From an uncultured Prevotellaceae bacterium (GTDB taxonomy: Bacteria; Bacteroidota; Bacteroidia; Bacteroidales; Bacteroidaceae), in NCBI GenBank assembly GCA_900315075.1, contig OMXV01000017.1, positions 2,736-66,735 of the forward strand: DNA of 64,000 bases, read 5' to 3'. Positions within the stretch are counted from its first letter, which is position 1; the number at the start of each line of letters is the position of its first letter. The notes below the pieces were generated by a model. The model did not search any database and was not told the origin of the DNA. It was given only the letters and a program-made list of their open reading frames with translations. The translations under genes and the position numbers were made by a program. This document shows, one piece after another, positions 29,251-38,918 of the stretch.

Positions 29251-31344
29251 ATGAAAAAAACATATATCATTCTGTCGCTGTTGTGCGTAGGCATGGCGGC
29301 GACAGCACAAGATGTACATACACATCATCATTACAACCATGAGCACCCAAACGACTCCACCGACGTTTTCTATCAACACATGAAACTCAACGAGATGGTG
29401 GTGACAGGCGTGACAGGTGACACCAAACTGAAAAACTCTACAGCTCCTATCTCCGTCATCTCAGGGAAGGAACTACGGCAGACAACATCGACAAATATCA
29501 TCGATGCCATCGCCAAACAGCCCGGCGTAGCACAAATCACCACAGGCAGCGGCATTTCGAAACCCATTATCCGTGGTCTTGGCTACAACCGCATCATCGT
29601 GATGAATGAAGGCGTACGTCAAGAAGGACAGCAATGGGGCGATGAGCACGGCATCGAAATCGACCCACAGGATGTCAACTCCGTGGAAATACTAAAAGGT
29701 CCTGCCAGTCTGATGTATGGCAGCGATGCCATGGCAGGTGTACTCATCTTGCATAGCGCCCCCATCCCGCAAGAGGATGAAATCAAAGCAAACGTCAGCA
29801 CGGAATACCAAACCAACAACGGACTCTTTGATTACTCAGTGAATGTGGCAGGTAATAAAAATGGATTTGTGTGGGACGCACGTTTTTCCGACAAGTATGC
29901 CCATGCCTACAAAAACAAATACGACGGTTATGTACCAGGGTCACAATTCTCGGAACGAGCCGGCAGACTGATGTTAGGTCTCTACAAACAGTGGGGACAT
30001 TCACGACTGACATGGACCACCTTTCACCAGACACCCAGTATCGTCGAGGGGGAAAGAGACGAAGAGACAGGTGTACTGGAATGCGTCAGCAAAGATGTAA
30101 AGACATACGGTAAGGCTTTACCCTTCCAGCAAATCAAGCACTACAAGGCGGTGTGGGACAACTCATTCAACCTGTCGAAAGGTTTTCTGAAAACCATCAT
30201 CGGCTACCAACAGAATCGCCGACAAGAATTTGAGGAAAATGCCGATGAATACGAACTATTTTTCAAACTGCACACCGTCACCTATGATGTGCGCTATCTC
30301 ACAGAGGAGTTTGAAGGATGGAAGATAGCAAGCGGCATCAACGGCATGTGGCAACAATCGCTCAACCTTGGCGAGGAAATGCTGATACCCGCTTACAGAC
30401 TCTTTGACATCGGCGGATATGCCACGGTAAGCAAATCATTTGATGCCATGACGCTGAATGGTGGACTACGTTACGACCACCGCCACATCGACTTCAACAA
30501 GCGAAATTTCAGCGGTGTGACCGGCAGCATCGGTGCTGTATGGAATGTATGTCAACATACCAACATACGAATGAATGTGGCACGAGGATTCAGGGCACCT
30601 AACATGAGTGAACTCGGCAGCGATGGAGTACACGAAGGAACCGTACGCTACGAGATTGGAAATCCTGACTTAAAACCAGAATACAGTTGGCAAGCCGACC
30701 TTGGTGTGGATTTCTCCAGTAAATTCATCTCAGCTCAGGCTGCACTCTTTGCCAACCGTATCGAGAACTATGTCTTTGCCCAACGTATTCCACGTGTGAT
30801 AGAAGAAGACTATCTCACATATCAATATACCCAAGGCGACGCAAGATTATGGGGGTTAGAAGCTGGTTTTGACCTCCACCCTATCCACTGCATACATTTC
30901 GAGAATACTTTCTCGTATGTCAATGCCCAGCAGTTACATTCCACAGAGGAGACTAAATACCTGCCGATGACCCCAGCACCCCGATGGACATCGGAACTGA
31001 AATATGAATTGACCCACCATGGGCACAACACACTAAACAATGCTTTCGTGGCATTGGGGGTAGAATGCAACTTAGCCCAAAACCACTATTACAAACAGGA
31101 TGATACCGAGACACGCACACCAAGCTACACCTTGCTGAGTCTATCAGCAGGCACCGACATCATGATAAAAAAGAAAAAGATAGCTGAAGTGTATATCACA
31201 GCCGACAATCTACTCAACCGTGCATATCAGAACCACCTAAGCCGACTGAAATACTGCGATATAAATCCTGTGACCAACCGCCAAGGAATCTATAACATGG
31301 GGCGTAATGTGGTATTCAAGGTAATTGTGCCTATCGTTTTGTAG
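29251..31344 (+). CDS. TonB-dependent receptor, probably for metal uptake
   Basis: His-rich N-terminus HTHHHYNHEH, plug KPIIRGL...QQWGDEHG...EILKGPASLMYG, GNPDLKPE. Confidence 0.92.
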   Translation: MKKTYIILSLLCVGMAATAQDVHTHHHYNHEHPNDSTDVFYQHMKLNEMVVTGVTGDTKLKNSTAPISVISGKELRQTTSTNIIDAIAKQPGVAQITTGSGISKPIIRGLGYNRIIVMNEGVRQEGQQWGDEHGIEIDPQDVNSVEILKGPASLMYGSDAMAGVLILHSAPIPQEDEIKANVSTEYQTNNGLFDYSVNVAGNKNGFVWDARFSDKYAHAYKNKYDGYVPGSQFSERAGRLMLGLYKQWGHSRLTWTTFHQTPSIVEGERDEETGVLECVSKDVKTYGKALPFQQIKHYKAVWDNSFNLSKGFLKTIIGYQQNRRQEFEENADEYELFFKLHTVTYDVRYLTEEFEGWKIASGINGMWQQSLNLGEEMLIPAYRLFDIGGYATVSKSFDAMTLNGGLRYDHRHIDFNKRNFSGVTGSIGAVWNVCQHTNIRMNVARGFRAPNMSELGSDGVHEGTVRYEIGNPDLKPEYSWQADLGVDFSSKFISAQAALFANRIENYVFAQRIPRVIEEDYLTYQYTQGDARLWGLEAGFDLHPIHCIHFENTFSYVNAQQLHSTEETKYLPMTPAPRWTSELKYELTHHGHNTLNNAFVALGVECNLAQNHYYKQDDTETRTPSYTLLSLSAGTDIMIKKKKIAEVYITADNLLNRAYQNHLSRLKYCDINPVTNRQGIYNMGRNVVFKVIVPIVL

Positions 31345-32298
31345 TCAGCTAACCACATTCTGAGGCGTACCGTTGATGAAATCAGCTAAGTTTTCAAAGG
31401 CGGTCTGCATCAGTCGCTCACGAGCCTCAACAGTTGCCCATGCAATATGTGGGGTAATGAACGCATTAGGAGCCTTTAGTAGAGGACAGTCCTCTGCTGG
31501 AGGCTCCTTCGTGAGCACATCAGCACCATAGCCAGCCAAATGACCGCTATAGAGGGCATCTGCCACATCCTGCTCATTGACTAATGGACCGCGACCCGTA
31601 TTAATGAGGATAGACCCTTTCTTCATCTTCGCAAGCGTTTGCTTGTTGATGATTTCAAAGGTATCGTCGGTCAAAGGACAATGCAGCGAGAGGATGTCGG
31701 ACACTGCTAAAAGGCCATCAAGGGTAGTCTTACGGATACCCTCGGGCAAGTCGGAAGAGTTTTTGCTGGTCAAGGCAAAGACATCCATGCCAAAATCCTG
31801 GGCAATCTTGGCCACATGCATACCGATGTTTCCAAGTCCTACAATGCCCATGGTTTTCCCTGCCAATTCATGAAGTGGTGTGTCCCAATAGCAGAAATCC
31901 ACGCTATTACACCACCTTCCATTCTTATTATGTCGTGCATAACGACCGATACGGTTGGTGATATTCAGAATGTGGGCAAAGGTCATCTGAGCTACGCTAA
32001 AGGTGCTATATGCCGGGATATTGGTCACAGTAATACCACGCCGTTGTGCTTCTTCCATATCGACCACATTATACCCCGTTGCCAGCACACCAATGTATCT
32101 CAGTTGAGGAAGTTGGTCCATCACTTGTTTATCGATAACCACCTTATTGGTGAACAATGCTTCAGCATCTTTGGCACGACCGACAACCTCTTCAGGTGAA
32201 GTGCGGTCGTAAATAGACACCTCTCCCAATTCATAGAGACGTTCCCATGAGAGATCGCCAGGATTGGCACCATATCCATCTAATACTACTATTTTCAT
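31345..32298 (-). CDS. D-2-hydroxyacid dehydrogenase (glycerate dehydrogenase-like)
   Basis: GIVGLGNIG, LHCPLT, INTGRG, TPHIAW. Confidence 0.92.
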   Translation of the reverse strand: MKIVVLDGYGANPGDLSWERLYELGEVSIYDRTSPEEVVGRAKDAEALFTNKVVIDKQVMDQLPQLRYIGVLATGYNVVDMEEAQRRGITVTNIPAYSTFSVAQMTFAHILNITNRIGRYARHNKNGRWCNSVDFCYWDTPLHELAGKTMGIVGLGNIGMHVAKIAQDFGMDVFALTSKNSSDLPEGIRKTTLDGLLAVSDILSLHCPLTDDTFEIINKQTLAKMKKGSILINTGRGPLVNEQDVADALYSGHLAGYGADVLTKEPPAEDCPLLKAPNAFITPHIAWATVEARERLMQTAFENLADFINGTPQNVVS

Positions 32299-32376
32299 TA
32301 TGTGAGTTTGTGAGTTTTTGAATTTAGGAATTTAGGAGTTTAGGAGTTTGGACAATACCAAGGCCTTTGCAGGGCG

Positions 32377-32621
32377 GCGACGGCAAAACCATCGCATACG
32401 GAGAAAAAAGTGGAGACAATTATCTATCCATAAGATTAAAGGCTTTATACTTTCAATCTCAAATCTTCATGGTAATGTCCCTTTAACTACTCTTTAACTA
32501 CCTTTTAATACTTTTCGGGCATACATAAAGTAAGCCCCTACAGCAGCGATAATCTTCAATTATCAATGGTAATGTCCCTTTAACTACTCTTTAACTACCT
32601 TTTAACTACCCTTTAACTACC
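32377..32621. repeat. Composite repeat cluster: REP family 2 copy, GTAG REP copy 3 (32516-32543) and two 11-mer blocks
   Basis: Matches to 18753, 11184/1316 and 26790-26859. Confidence 0.8.
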
Positions 32622-32638
32622 TTAAATACTTGTCTGTT

Positions 32639-33913
32639 CTAATCCTTAAACCTTTCGCCCCAACAGCGGAGCATGTTTTGGTAGAGTTTTTCTTCCGACG
32701 GTGAATGCTGGGCGTGCCATATTCTGCTATTTTTCAATTCATCGGGAAGGAATTGCTGAACGACGAAGTTGCCAGGATAGTCGTGTGCATATTTATACCC
32801 ATCGCTATAGCCCAGCTGCGCCATGAGTTTTGTAGGTGCATTGCGCAGATGCAACGGTACAGGCAGATTGCCCGTCGTTTTCACCATTTCAAGTGCTGTA
32901 CCGATGCCCATGTAGGCTGAATTGCTCTTAGGACTTGTAGCGAGATAGACTGCACATTCGGCAAGTGGAATTCTGCCCTCTGGCCACCCTATCTTCATCA
33001 CAGCATCAAAAGCCGCATTAGCCAACAACAAAGCATTGGGATTTGCCAATCCGATATCCTCGGCAGCACTGATAACCATTCGGCGTGCTATAAATTGTGG
33101 GTCTTCCCCACCCTCTATCATTCGTGCCATCCAATAGAGAGCAGCGTCGGGGTCACTACCGCGAATGCTCTTGATGAAAGCCGAAATAATATCATAATGC
33201 ATCTCGCCATCCTTGTCATAAGCCAAAGGATTCTGTTGGAGGCAGTTCTCTACAAGTTGGTCGGTCACCACCACTTCTTCAGTCGTCGTCGCTTCCACCA
33301 CCAATTCGAGGATATTTAACAGTTTACGAGCATCGCCACCACTATATCTCAGAATAGCACCCGTCTCGTTGAGGGTGATTTTTCTTTTTTTCAGTTCCAC
33401 GTCCTCGGTGATAGCACGGTGGAGCAGACGCAACAAATCGTCTTTCTCAAGAGATTTTAGCACATACAGTTGACATCTTGACAAAAGTGGCCGTATAACT
33501 TCAAACGAGGGGTTCTCTGTGGTCGCTCCGATAAGCGTTACCACTCCTTTTTCCACTGCTCCAAGCAGAGAGTCCTGCTGGCTCTTGCTGAAACGATGAA
33601 TCTCGTCGATGAAGAGGATTGGCGATGCCGAATTGAAAAAGCGACTGTTACGTGCCTTTTCTATCACATCACGCACATCCTTGACACCGCTGGTCACAGC
33701 GCTCAGCGTGTAGAATGGTGTCTCGAGCTTTGTGGCAATAATATGCGCCAAAGTTGTCTTGCCCACCCCCGGCGGTCCCCATAGGATAAAAGAGGTGATT
33801 CTGCCTGCGTCGATCATCTTACGCAGCACAGCCCCCTGACCCACCAGATGCTCTTGCCCGATATAGTCATCCAGCTGATGTGGTCGCATTCTCTCAGCTA
33901 ATGGTTTGCTCAT
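32639..33913 (-). CDS. rarA: Replication-associated recombination protein A
   Basis: PLAERMRP, GPPGVGKTT, FIDEIHRF, GATTENP, SAFIKSIRGSD. Confidence 0.96.
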   Translation of the reverse strand: MSKPLAERMRPHQLDDYIGQEHLVGQGAVLRKMIDAGRITSFILWGPPGVGKTTLAHIIATKLETPFYTLSAVTSGVKDVRDVIEKARNSRFFNSASPILFIDEIHRFSKSQQDSLLGAVEKGVVTLIGATTENPSFEVIRPLLSRCQLYVLKSLEKDDLLRLLHRAITEDVELKKRKITLNETGAILRYSGGDARKLLNILELVVEATTTEEVVVTDQLVENCLQQNPLAYDKDGEMHYDIISAFIKSIRGSDPDAALYWMARMIEGGEDPQFIARRMVISAAEDIGLANPNALLLANAAFDAVMKIGWPEGRIPLAECAVYLATSPKSNSAYMGIGTALEMVKTTGNLPVPLHLRNAPTKLMAQLGYSDGYKYAHDYPGNFVVQQFLPDELKNSRIWHAQHSPSEEKLYQNMLRCWGERFKD

Positions 33914-34097
33914 AGGATTGCAAAATTATAGTTTTTTTTTGATAATCTATTATTTGGCAATAATATTTCACATCTTTTCTTGCAAATAAGAGATAAAGTA
34001 TTTATTTTTGCAGCGCAATCAACCATGGAAGTCAACAACCACATGCGTACTACCATGATAAATAATAAAAAACCGACAAAAACTTAAAATAAACGAT

Positions 34098-34901
34098 ATG
34101 AAATTCAAAGACAAAAAAGCACTTACCCTTAAGACACTCAACAAGAGCAACATTTGGGATTGTCAGGAAAACGACATATTTAGAATGTGGGAGGCAGCTG
34201 AGAAAGACTCTGAACTGAAGGAGAATATGCGCCATTACAATGACATCATCAAAAGCGCCTTCGACATCGAGGAACTTTCTACAGAAAAACCAGAAATCAT
34301 TAAGAAGTACGAGGCTCGTGGCTTTAAGGTTGCAGCACTTCGTGGCGGCGATGAAAACGCCAAGACGAAATGGGCCGTCAAAAAACGTCCGATCCTGCGT
34401 GTGACCGACTTGACGTACGAAAACATCCGTCACATCTCGACCTCAAAGCTTCTTGAGGTGATCGACCGTAATTTCGGTGGTGGCTGGGAGAGTTTATCAC
34501 AGAGCATTAAGGATATTATCGAATCCGGCTTTGACATCAGCACCACCACACTACCCAAAGACCGTCTGCGCAAACCCGGTGGCATGTACGAAAAGAAATT
34601 GGCTGATGGCTTCGAAGTGCTCGAAATACCCAAAGGTTTATGGGTGGAGGCCATTTTCGCAAAAGTCAAGCCCGAATTGGAAAAGCCACGTCTGAGATTT
34701 GAGTCGGATGAAAAAGACTTGTCTGACAGCGATGAAGATTTAATCGAAGAAGAAGAAGACAACTATCAGGACATTGACGAGGATGACGACACCTTCGATG
34801 AGGACAAGCTCACAGAGGAAAGCTATCGTACGACCTTCGACACTGAGCCAGAAGACCTCAATCTTGAAGCAGAGGAAATTTCCGACGATTATGACGGATG
34901 A
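34098..34901 (+). CDS. Hypothetical protein with very acidic C-terminal tail
   Basis: 267-aa ORF with an upstream TATTTTTG promoter; last ~65 aa D/E-rich. Confidence 0.8.
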   Translation: MKFKDKKALTLKTLNKSNIWDCQENDIFRMWEAAEKDSELKENMRHYNDIIKSAFDIEELSTEKPEIIKKYEARGFKVAALRGGDENAKTKWAVKKRPILRVTDLTYENIRHISTSKLLEVIDRNFGGGWESLSQSIKDIIESGFDISTTTLPKDRLRKPGGMYEKKLADGFEVLEIPKGLWVEAIFAKVKPELEKPRLRFESDEKDLSDSDEDLIEEEEDNYQDIDEDDDTFDEDKLTEESYRTTFDTEPEDLNLEAEEISDDYDG

Positions 34902-35016
34902 GGTTATGAGGTTATAAGGTTATGAGGTTATGAGGTTATGAGGTTTTGAGGTTATAAGGTTATGAGGTTTTGAGGTTATAAGGTCATGAGGTTATAAGGT
35001 CATGAGGTTATGAGGT
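34899..35016. repeat. Octamer tandem repeat (TGAGGTTA and variants), about 15 units
   Basis: Begins at the TGA stop codon of the upstream gene. Confidence 0.95.
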
Positions 35017-35096
35017 GAAATATGCTGTATTCCCTCTTTTATATACATCAGTAAAGCAAGCGCAGCGACCTCATAATTTTATAATCTCACATCCTA

Positions 35097-35142
35097 ATAA
35101 ATCATCAGGGGGGCGCCAATTGGCGCCCCCCTGATGATTTAT
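35097..35142. terminator. Perfect 46-bp palindrome between convergent genes
   Basis: ATAAATCATCAGGGGGGCGCCAA|TTGGCGCCCCCCTGATGATTTAT. Confidence 0.8.
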
Positions 35143-35151
35143 CTCTTGTCA

Positions 35152-36723
35152 TTAGAATTTGTATCCCATGGTAAGGAGTAGTTGATGACGTTTGTAATCC
35201 ACAGACTTTGCTGTGGCGATATTGTCAAAGTCAGAGAACTCCTTGTCGCGGTAGCTCATGAATGGATAGAAGTCGCCCTGCTGCCATGTATATTGCCATG
35301 CTAAATCAAAATTGAATTTTCCTACGGCATAACCCATACCAAGGGTGAAACGGTTGGTGGCATCCCAGTTGGTATAGTCGGTAGAGGATGCTTCGTAAGT
35401 TCCATTGGAATCGAGTGTACCATCTTTGAAACCATCCTTGTCGTACATCGGTGATATATAGTTGTAACCGGCACGCAATGCAAGTTCTGGAGTAGCTTTC
35501 CACTCTGCGCCCACTTTGAATGTGCTCACACCCTTAAGTGTAGCATCGGTGTGATAGTTCATCACGCCATCGTTCTCACTGTCATCGTGCCAGGCATCAT
35601 CCCAGTATGAATAGTGTGAACCTATAATGACACGTGTCTTGGTAGAAGAATAGTCAGCATACTCATATCCAGCTCCAATGGCCACACTATTGCCAATCAC
35701 ATGACCCAAACTCAGACCGAACTTCCAAGGTGTATTGACCTCATAATCATACTTATCTTCTGACCATGCTGTGTAATTGCCGTCAGACACCTCTGTGTAG
35801 TTGCGGGTGGTAAGGCTATACCAGGTAGGTGTGGCCACCGTCAGGCCAACTCGGAAATTAGAGTATTGGATAGGACGGAAAATGACACCCAATTTGATAT
35901 CCATACCCGTTCCGGAAATTTTGCGCTCATCATAGACATTGAGTGTCTGAATATTCTCTGGATTGGGTACCATATACTCAGTATAGTCAGAAGTGTGTTT
36001 GTAGTGAACATCATAAAGGCCTACGGTCAAGCCGAGATATACCTGATCATGGATATTGCCGCTGAGGTTGAAGTCGTATTCACCGACATAACCCTTATGA
36101 GCACGGTCGAAGTCATAACCTGTAGCCTCATAGAAATAGGCATTACCATCGTCGGCAGCATAGAACAGGTTGCGGGTGTAGATGTCGTCGAGCTGGTTGC
36201 AGGTAATATAAGAATGATCGTAGTCTGGGGTATATACGTCGGTTTCATAAGAATTGGGATAGAGCAAACCATTGTATAACTTCGCATAGGAGAGTTTGTT
36301 TTGCGAAGCATTCTGCAAACGATCGTCGGCCGAAAGGATATAGTCGAAATTACGGCTCTTGTGATAGTTGAACGCAAAGTTGAGGTATGAGTCTGCACCA
36401 GTACGATTTGAATAGACGAAGCCAGCCTGATCGAAACTCATATTGGTAGCGTTGCCATGTGAATAATCGGCGGCATCCTGCTGAGAAACCATGCCGAAAG
36501 ACACATCGGCGCGTGAACTTCTGAATAGGCCAATACCTGCCGGATTGGAACCTATCGTGGAAATGTCAGCTCCTAAAGCATCCACAGCTCCACCCATACC
36601 CACATAACGTGCCGTTCCATTCAGGTCTTGCTGTATGATTTTTGCATTTTCGTATGTTTCCTGTGCCAGTGAGGGCATAGCAACTGCCAGTGCACCAGCT
36701 ATAATGAAGAATCTTGTTTTCAT
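35152..36723 (-). CDS. OmpP1/FadL-like outer membrane protein
   Basis: GTARYVGMGGA..ALGAD....NPAG hatch motif; C-terminal aromatic YKF. Confidence 0.85.
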   Translation of the reverse strand: MKTRFFIIAGALAVAMPSLAQETYENAKIIQQDLNGTARYVGMGGAVDALGADISTIGSNPAGIGLFRSSRADVSFGMVSQQDAADYSHGNATNMSFDQAGFVYSNRTGADSYLNFAFNYHKSRNFDYILSADDRLQNASQNKLSYAKLYNGLLYPNSYETDVYTPDYDHSYITCNQLDDIYTRNLFYAADDGNAYFYEATGYDFDRAHKGYVGEYDFNLSGNIHDQVYLGLTVGLYDVHYKHTSDYTEYMVPNPENIQTLNVYDERKISGTGMDIKLGVIFRPIQYSNFRVGLTVATPTWYSLTTRNYTEVSDGNYTAWSEDKYDYEVNTPWKFGLSLGHVIGNSVAIGAGYEYADYSSTKTRVIIGSHYSYWDDAWHDDSENDGVMNYHTDATLKGVSTFKVGAEWKATPELALRAGYNYISPMYDKDGFKDGTLDSNGTYEASSTDYTNWDATNRFTLGMGYAVGKFNFDLAWQYTWQQGDFYPFMSYRDKEFSDFDNIATAKSVDYKRHQLLLTMGYKF

Positions 36724-36782
36724 TTTTATGTGCATTTATATATTAAAAAGGTATGTTTTAATAAAAAGATAGGATGCGCTGA

Positions 36783-37832
36783 TTATCTGCGGCCACCGAA
36801 GCCTCCTCCGCCGCCGCCACCGCCGGAGCGTCCGCTTCCACCACCGCTGAAGCCACCACCGGAGCGACTGCCACCGCCTCCGAAGCTGCCACCTGAGCTG
36901 GAACTGCCAGAGCTATAGCTTGGAGCACTGCTTCTGCTACTTGATGAGGAGCTATAACTTGGTGAGGAGCTGTATGAACTAGAAGACCTGTTGCCACCGA
37001 AGCCTGCACGGCTGCCACTCGAATAGGTGGTACGACCTGTGGCAGGGTTGTAGGAAGAATTAGCAGTTGCTCTTGACACTGTGCGTCCACCAAAGGTGCC
37101 ATTGGATGCAGTAGAAACCCCTCTTGAATGTGATGCACGTGTACTTGCTGCCGTTGCTGGTCTTCCACTCGCTGTGCCATGATACCTTGAGGGATTGTTA
37201 CGGTAGGATAAATAACTACCTCCTCCATAATACCAGTAGCTATAGCGATAGGGATATCCCCAATATGCTCCATAATAGGGTCCATATAAGCCGTAATACC
37301 ATGGGTCATAAAAACCATAGTAGTCCCAATACCATGAGGTGTACCACCAATCCATGAAGGAGTTATAAGGCCAACCCCAATAGCTGTATGGATACCAGAA
37401 ACTATAATAGGATGGTCCCCAATAGCCTATGGGCCTTCCCCAATAACGGCTATAATACGGGTCGTAATATCCATAGAAGCCGTCATATCGTCCGAGACGT
37501 GACGTATAGGTGAAATCATTCTCGTCGTCGAAAAACTTATCGTCGATGCGCAAGGTATCATTCTCTGGATACGTTCCATCACCCACGGTAAACTCAATGA
37601 TATCGTTGCCGAGAGAGTCGGTGCCGATTAACTGGTACGAGCTTTTGAGATTGCGCCTATTATACTCGTCAACAGTCATGTCGATACCCTTTGGAACATA
37701 ATCTTCCACGACAGGTTCTGGCACCACTGACTTATCTTGCTTCTTGGGCTTGTAATACATATCGTCCTGAGCAATAGCCATTGTCATTGGTAAAAAAACC
37801 ATGACAAATAATAGTAAATACTTTGTTTTCAT
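36783..37832 (-). CDS. Secreted low-complexity protein (Y/W/G-rich middle, S/G-rich tail)
   Basis: Signal peptide then QDDMYY; composition. Confidence 0.8.
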   Translation of the reverse strand: MKTKYLLLFVMVFLPMTMAIAQDDMYYKPKKQDKSVVPEPVVEDYVPKGIDMTVDEYNRRNLKSSYQLIGTDSLGNDIIEFTVGDGTYPENDTLRIDDKFFDDENDFTYTSRLGRYDGFYGYYDPYYSRYWGRPIGYWGPSYYSFWYPYSYWGWPYNSFMDWWYTSWYWDYYGFYDPWYYGLYGPYYGAYWGYPYRYSYWYYGGGSYLSYRNNPSRYHGTASGRPATAASTRASHSRGVSTASNGTFGGRTVSRATANSSYNPATGRTTYSSGSRAGFGGNRSSSSYSSSPSYSSSSSSRSSAPSYSSGSSSSGGSFGGGGSRSGGGFSGGGSGRSGGGGGGGGFGGRR

Positions 37833-37990
37833 ACCTTTTCCCCTTTAGTTATTATTTATCTACTGCAAAATTAATACAGATTAACATGCAAATATACGGA
37901 AAAACCCTATAGAAAAGTAGGATTTTCCCTATTTTTATATATTTTTGCAGTTGAAAAGCTATCTAAGCGACACTATTAAATCATAAAAGC

Positions 37991-38860
37991 ATGAAATACT
38001 ATCAATTAGATTTCGTATTTGAGGCAACCGATATGTCGGGTGAACTTATGCAGACTGCCCGCGATATTCTTGCTGGCCTTGCTTCGGATGCTGGTTTGGA
38101 ATCCTTTGAGGATAGTGACGAAGGTATCATCGGATATGTACAGACAGATTTGTTTCACAAAGAGCGTCTTGACGAAATCATACAGGATTTTCCCTTGCCG
38201 GGTATCAGTGTGAAATACACCATAAAAGATGCTGATTACAAAGACTGGAACGAGACATGGGAGAATGAGGGTTTCGAACCGATAGAAATCGGCAACAAAT
38301 GCATCATCCACGACCCTCATCACCCTGTAGAAACAGTGTTTCCCAACTGTCTTGACATTGTGATTGACGCAAAGATGGCATTTGGCACTGGCACTCATGA
38401 AACCACCCAAATGGTGCTGGAGGAACTGCTGCAGACTCCTTTGACCAACAAGCGCGTATTAGACTGTGGCTGTGGTACGGGAATACTATCCATTGTTGCA
38501 TCAAAGGCCGGTGCCCACGACGTGGTGGCATACGATATCGATGAGTGGAGCGTGGAAAACACACGTCACAATGCCCAATTAAATAATGTGAGTAACATAG
38601 AAGTATTTGCCGGCGACAGCCATGTGCTATCCCATGTAAGCGGTGTATTCGACATATTGATGGCCAATATCAACCGTAACATCCTCTTAGCCGATCTTCC
38701 TTCATACCACGAGGTGATGTCCTCAGATGCTAAGTTAATCCTTAGTGGATTCTATCAAGAAGATGCCGACTCACTCATCGAGAAAGCACAAGAATTAGGA
38801 ATGAAACTCATCAGCCGCCGAAATATCGGAGAATGGGCTGCACTGACTTTTAGGGCTTAG
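37991..38860 (+). CDS. prmA: 50S ribosomal protein L11 methyltransferase
   Basis: MAFGTGTHETT, VLDCGCGTGILS, ANINRN, ILSGF. Confidence 0.95.
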   Translation: MKYYQLDFVFEATDMSGELMQTARDILAGLASDAGLESFEDSDEGIIGYVQTDLFHKERLDEIIQDFPLPGISVKYTIKDADYKDWNETWENEGFEPIEIGNKCIIHDPHHPVETVFPNCLDIVIDAKMAFGTGTHETTQMVLEELLQTPLTNKRVLDCGCGTGILSIVASKAGAHDVVAYDIDEWSVENTRHNAQLNNVSNIEVFAGDSHVLSHVSGVFDILMANINRNILLADLPSYHEVMSSDAKLILSGFYQEDADSLIEKAQELGMKLISRRNIGEWAALTFRA

Positions 38861-38918
38861 GGCTTTAGACTATAGTCATTGAAAAAGAAAAGGTCTTGTC
38901 CCTTTAACTACCCTTCTA

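Noticed and set aside
36758-37318. 186-aa alternative-frame ORF
   Set aside because: By-product of the low-complexity coding sequence in the 349-aa frame.
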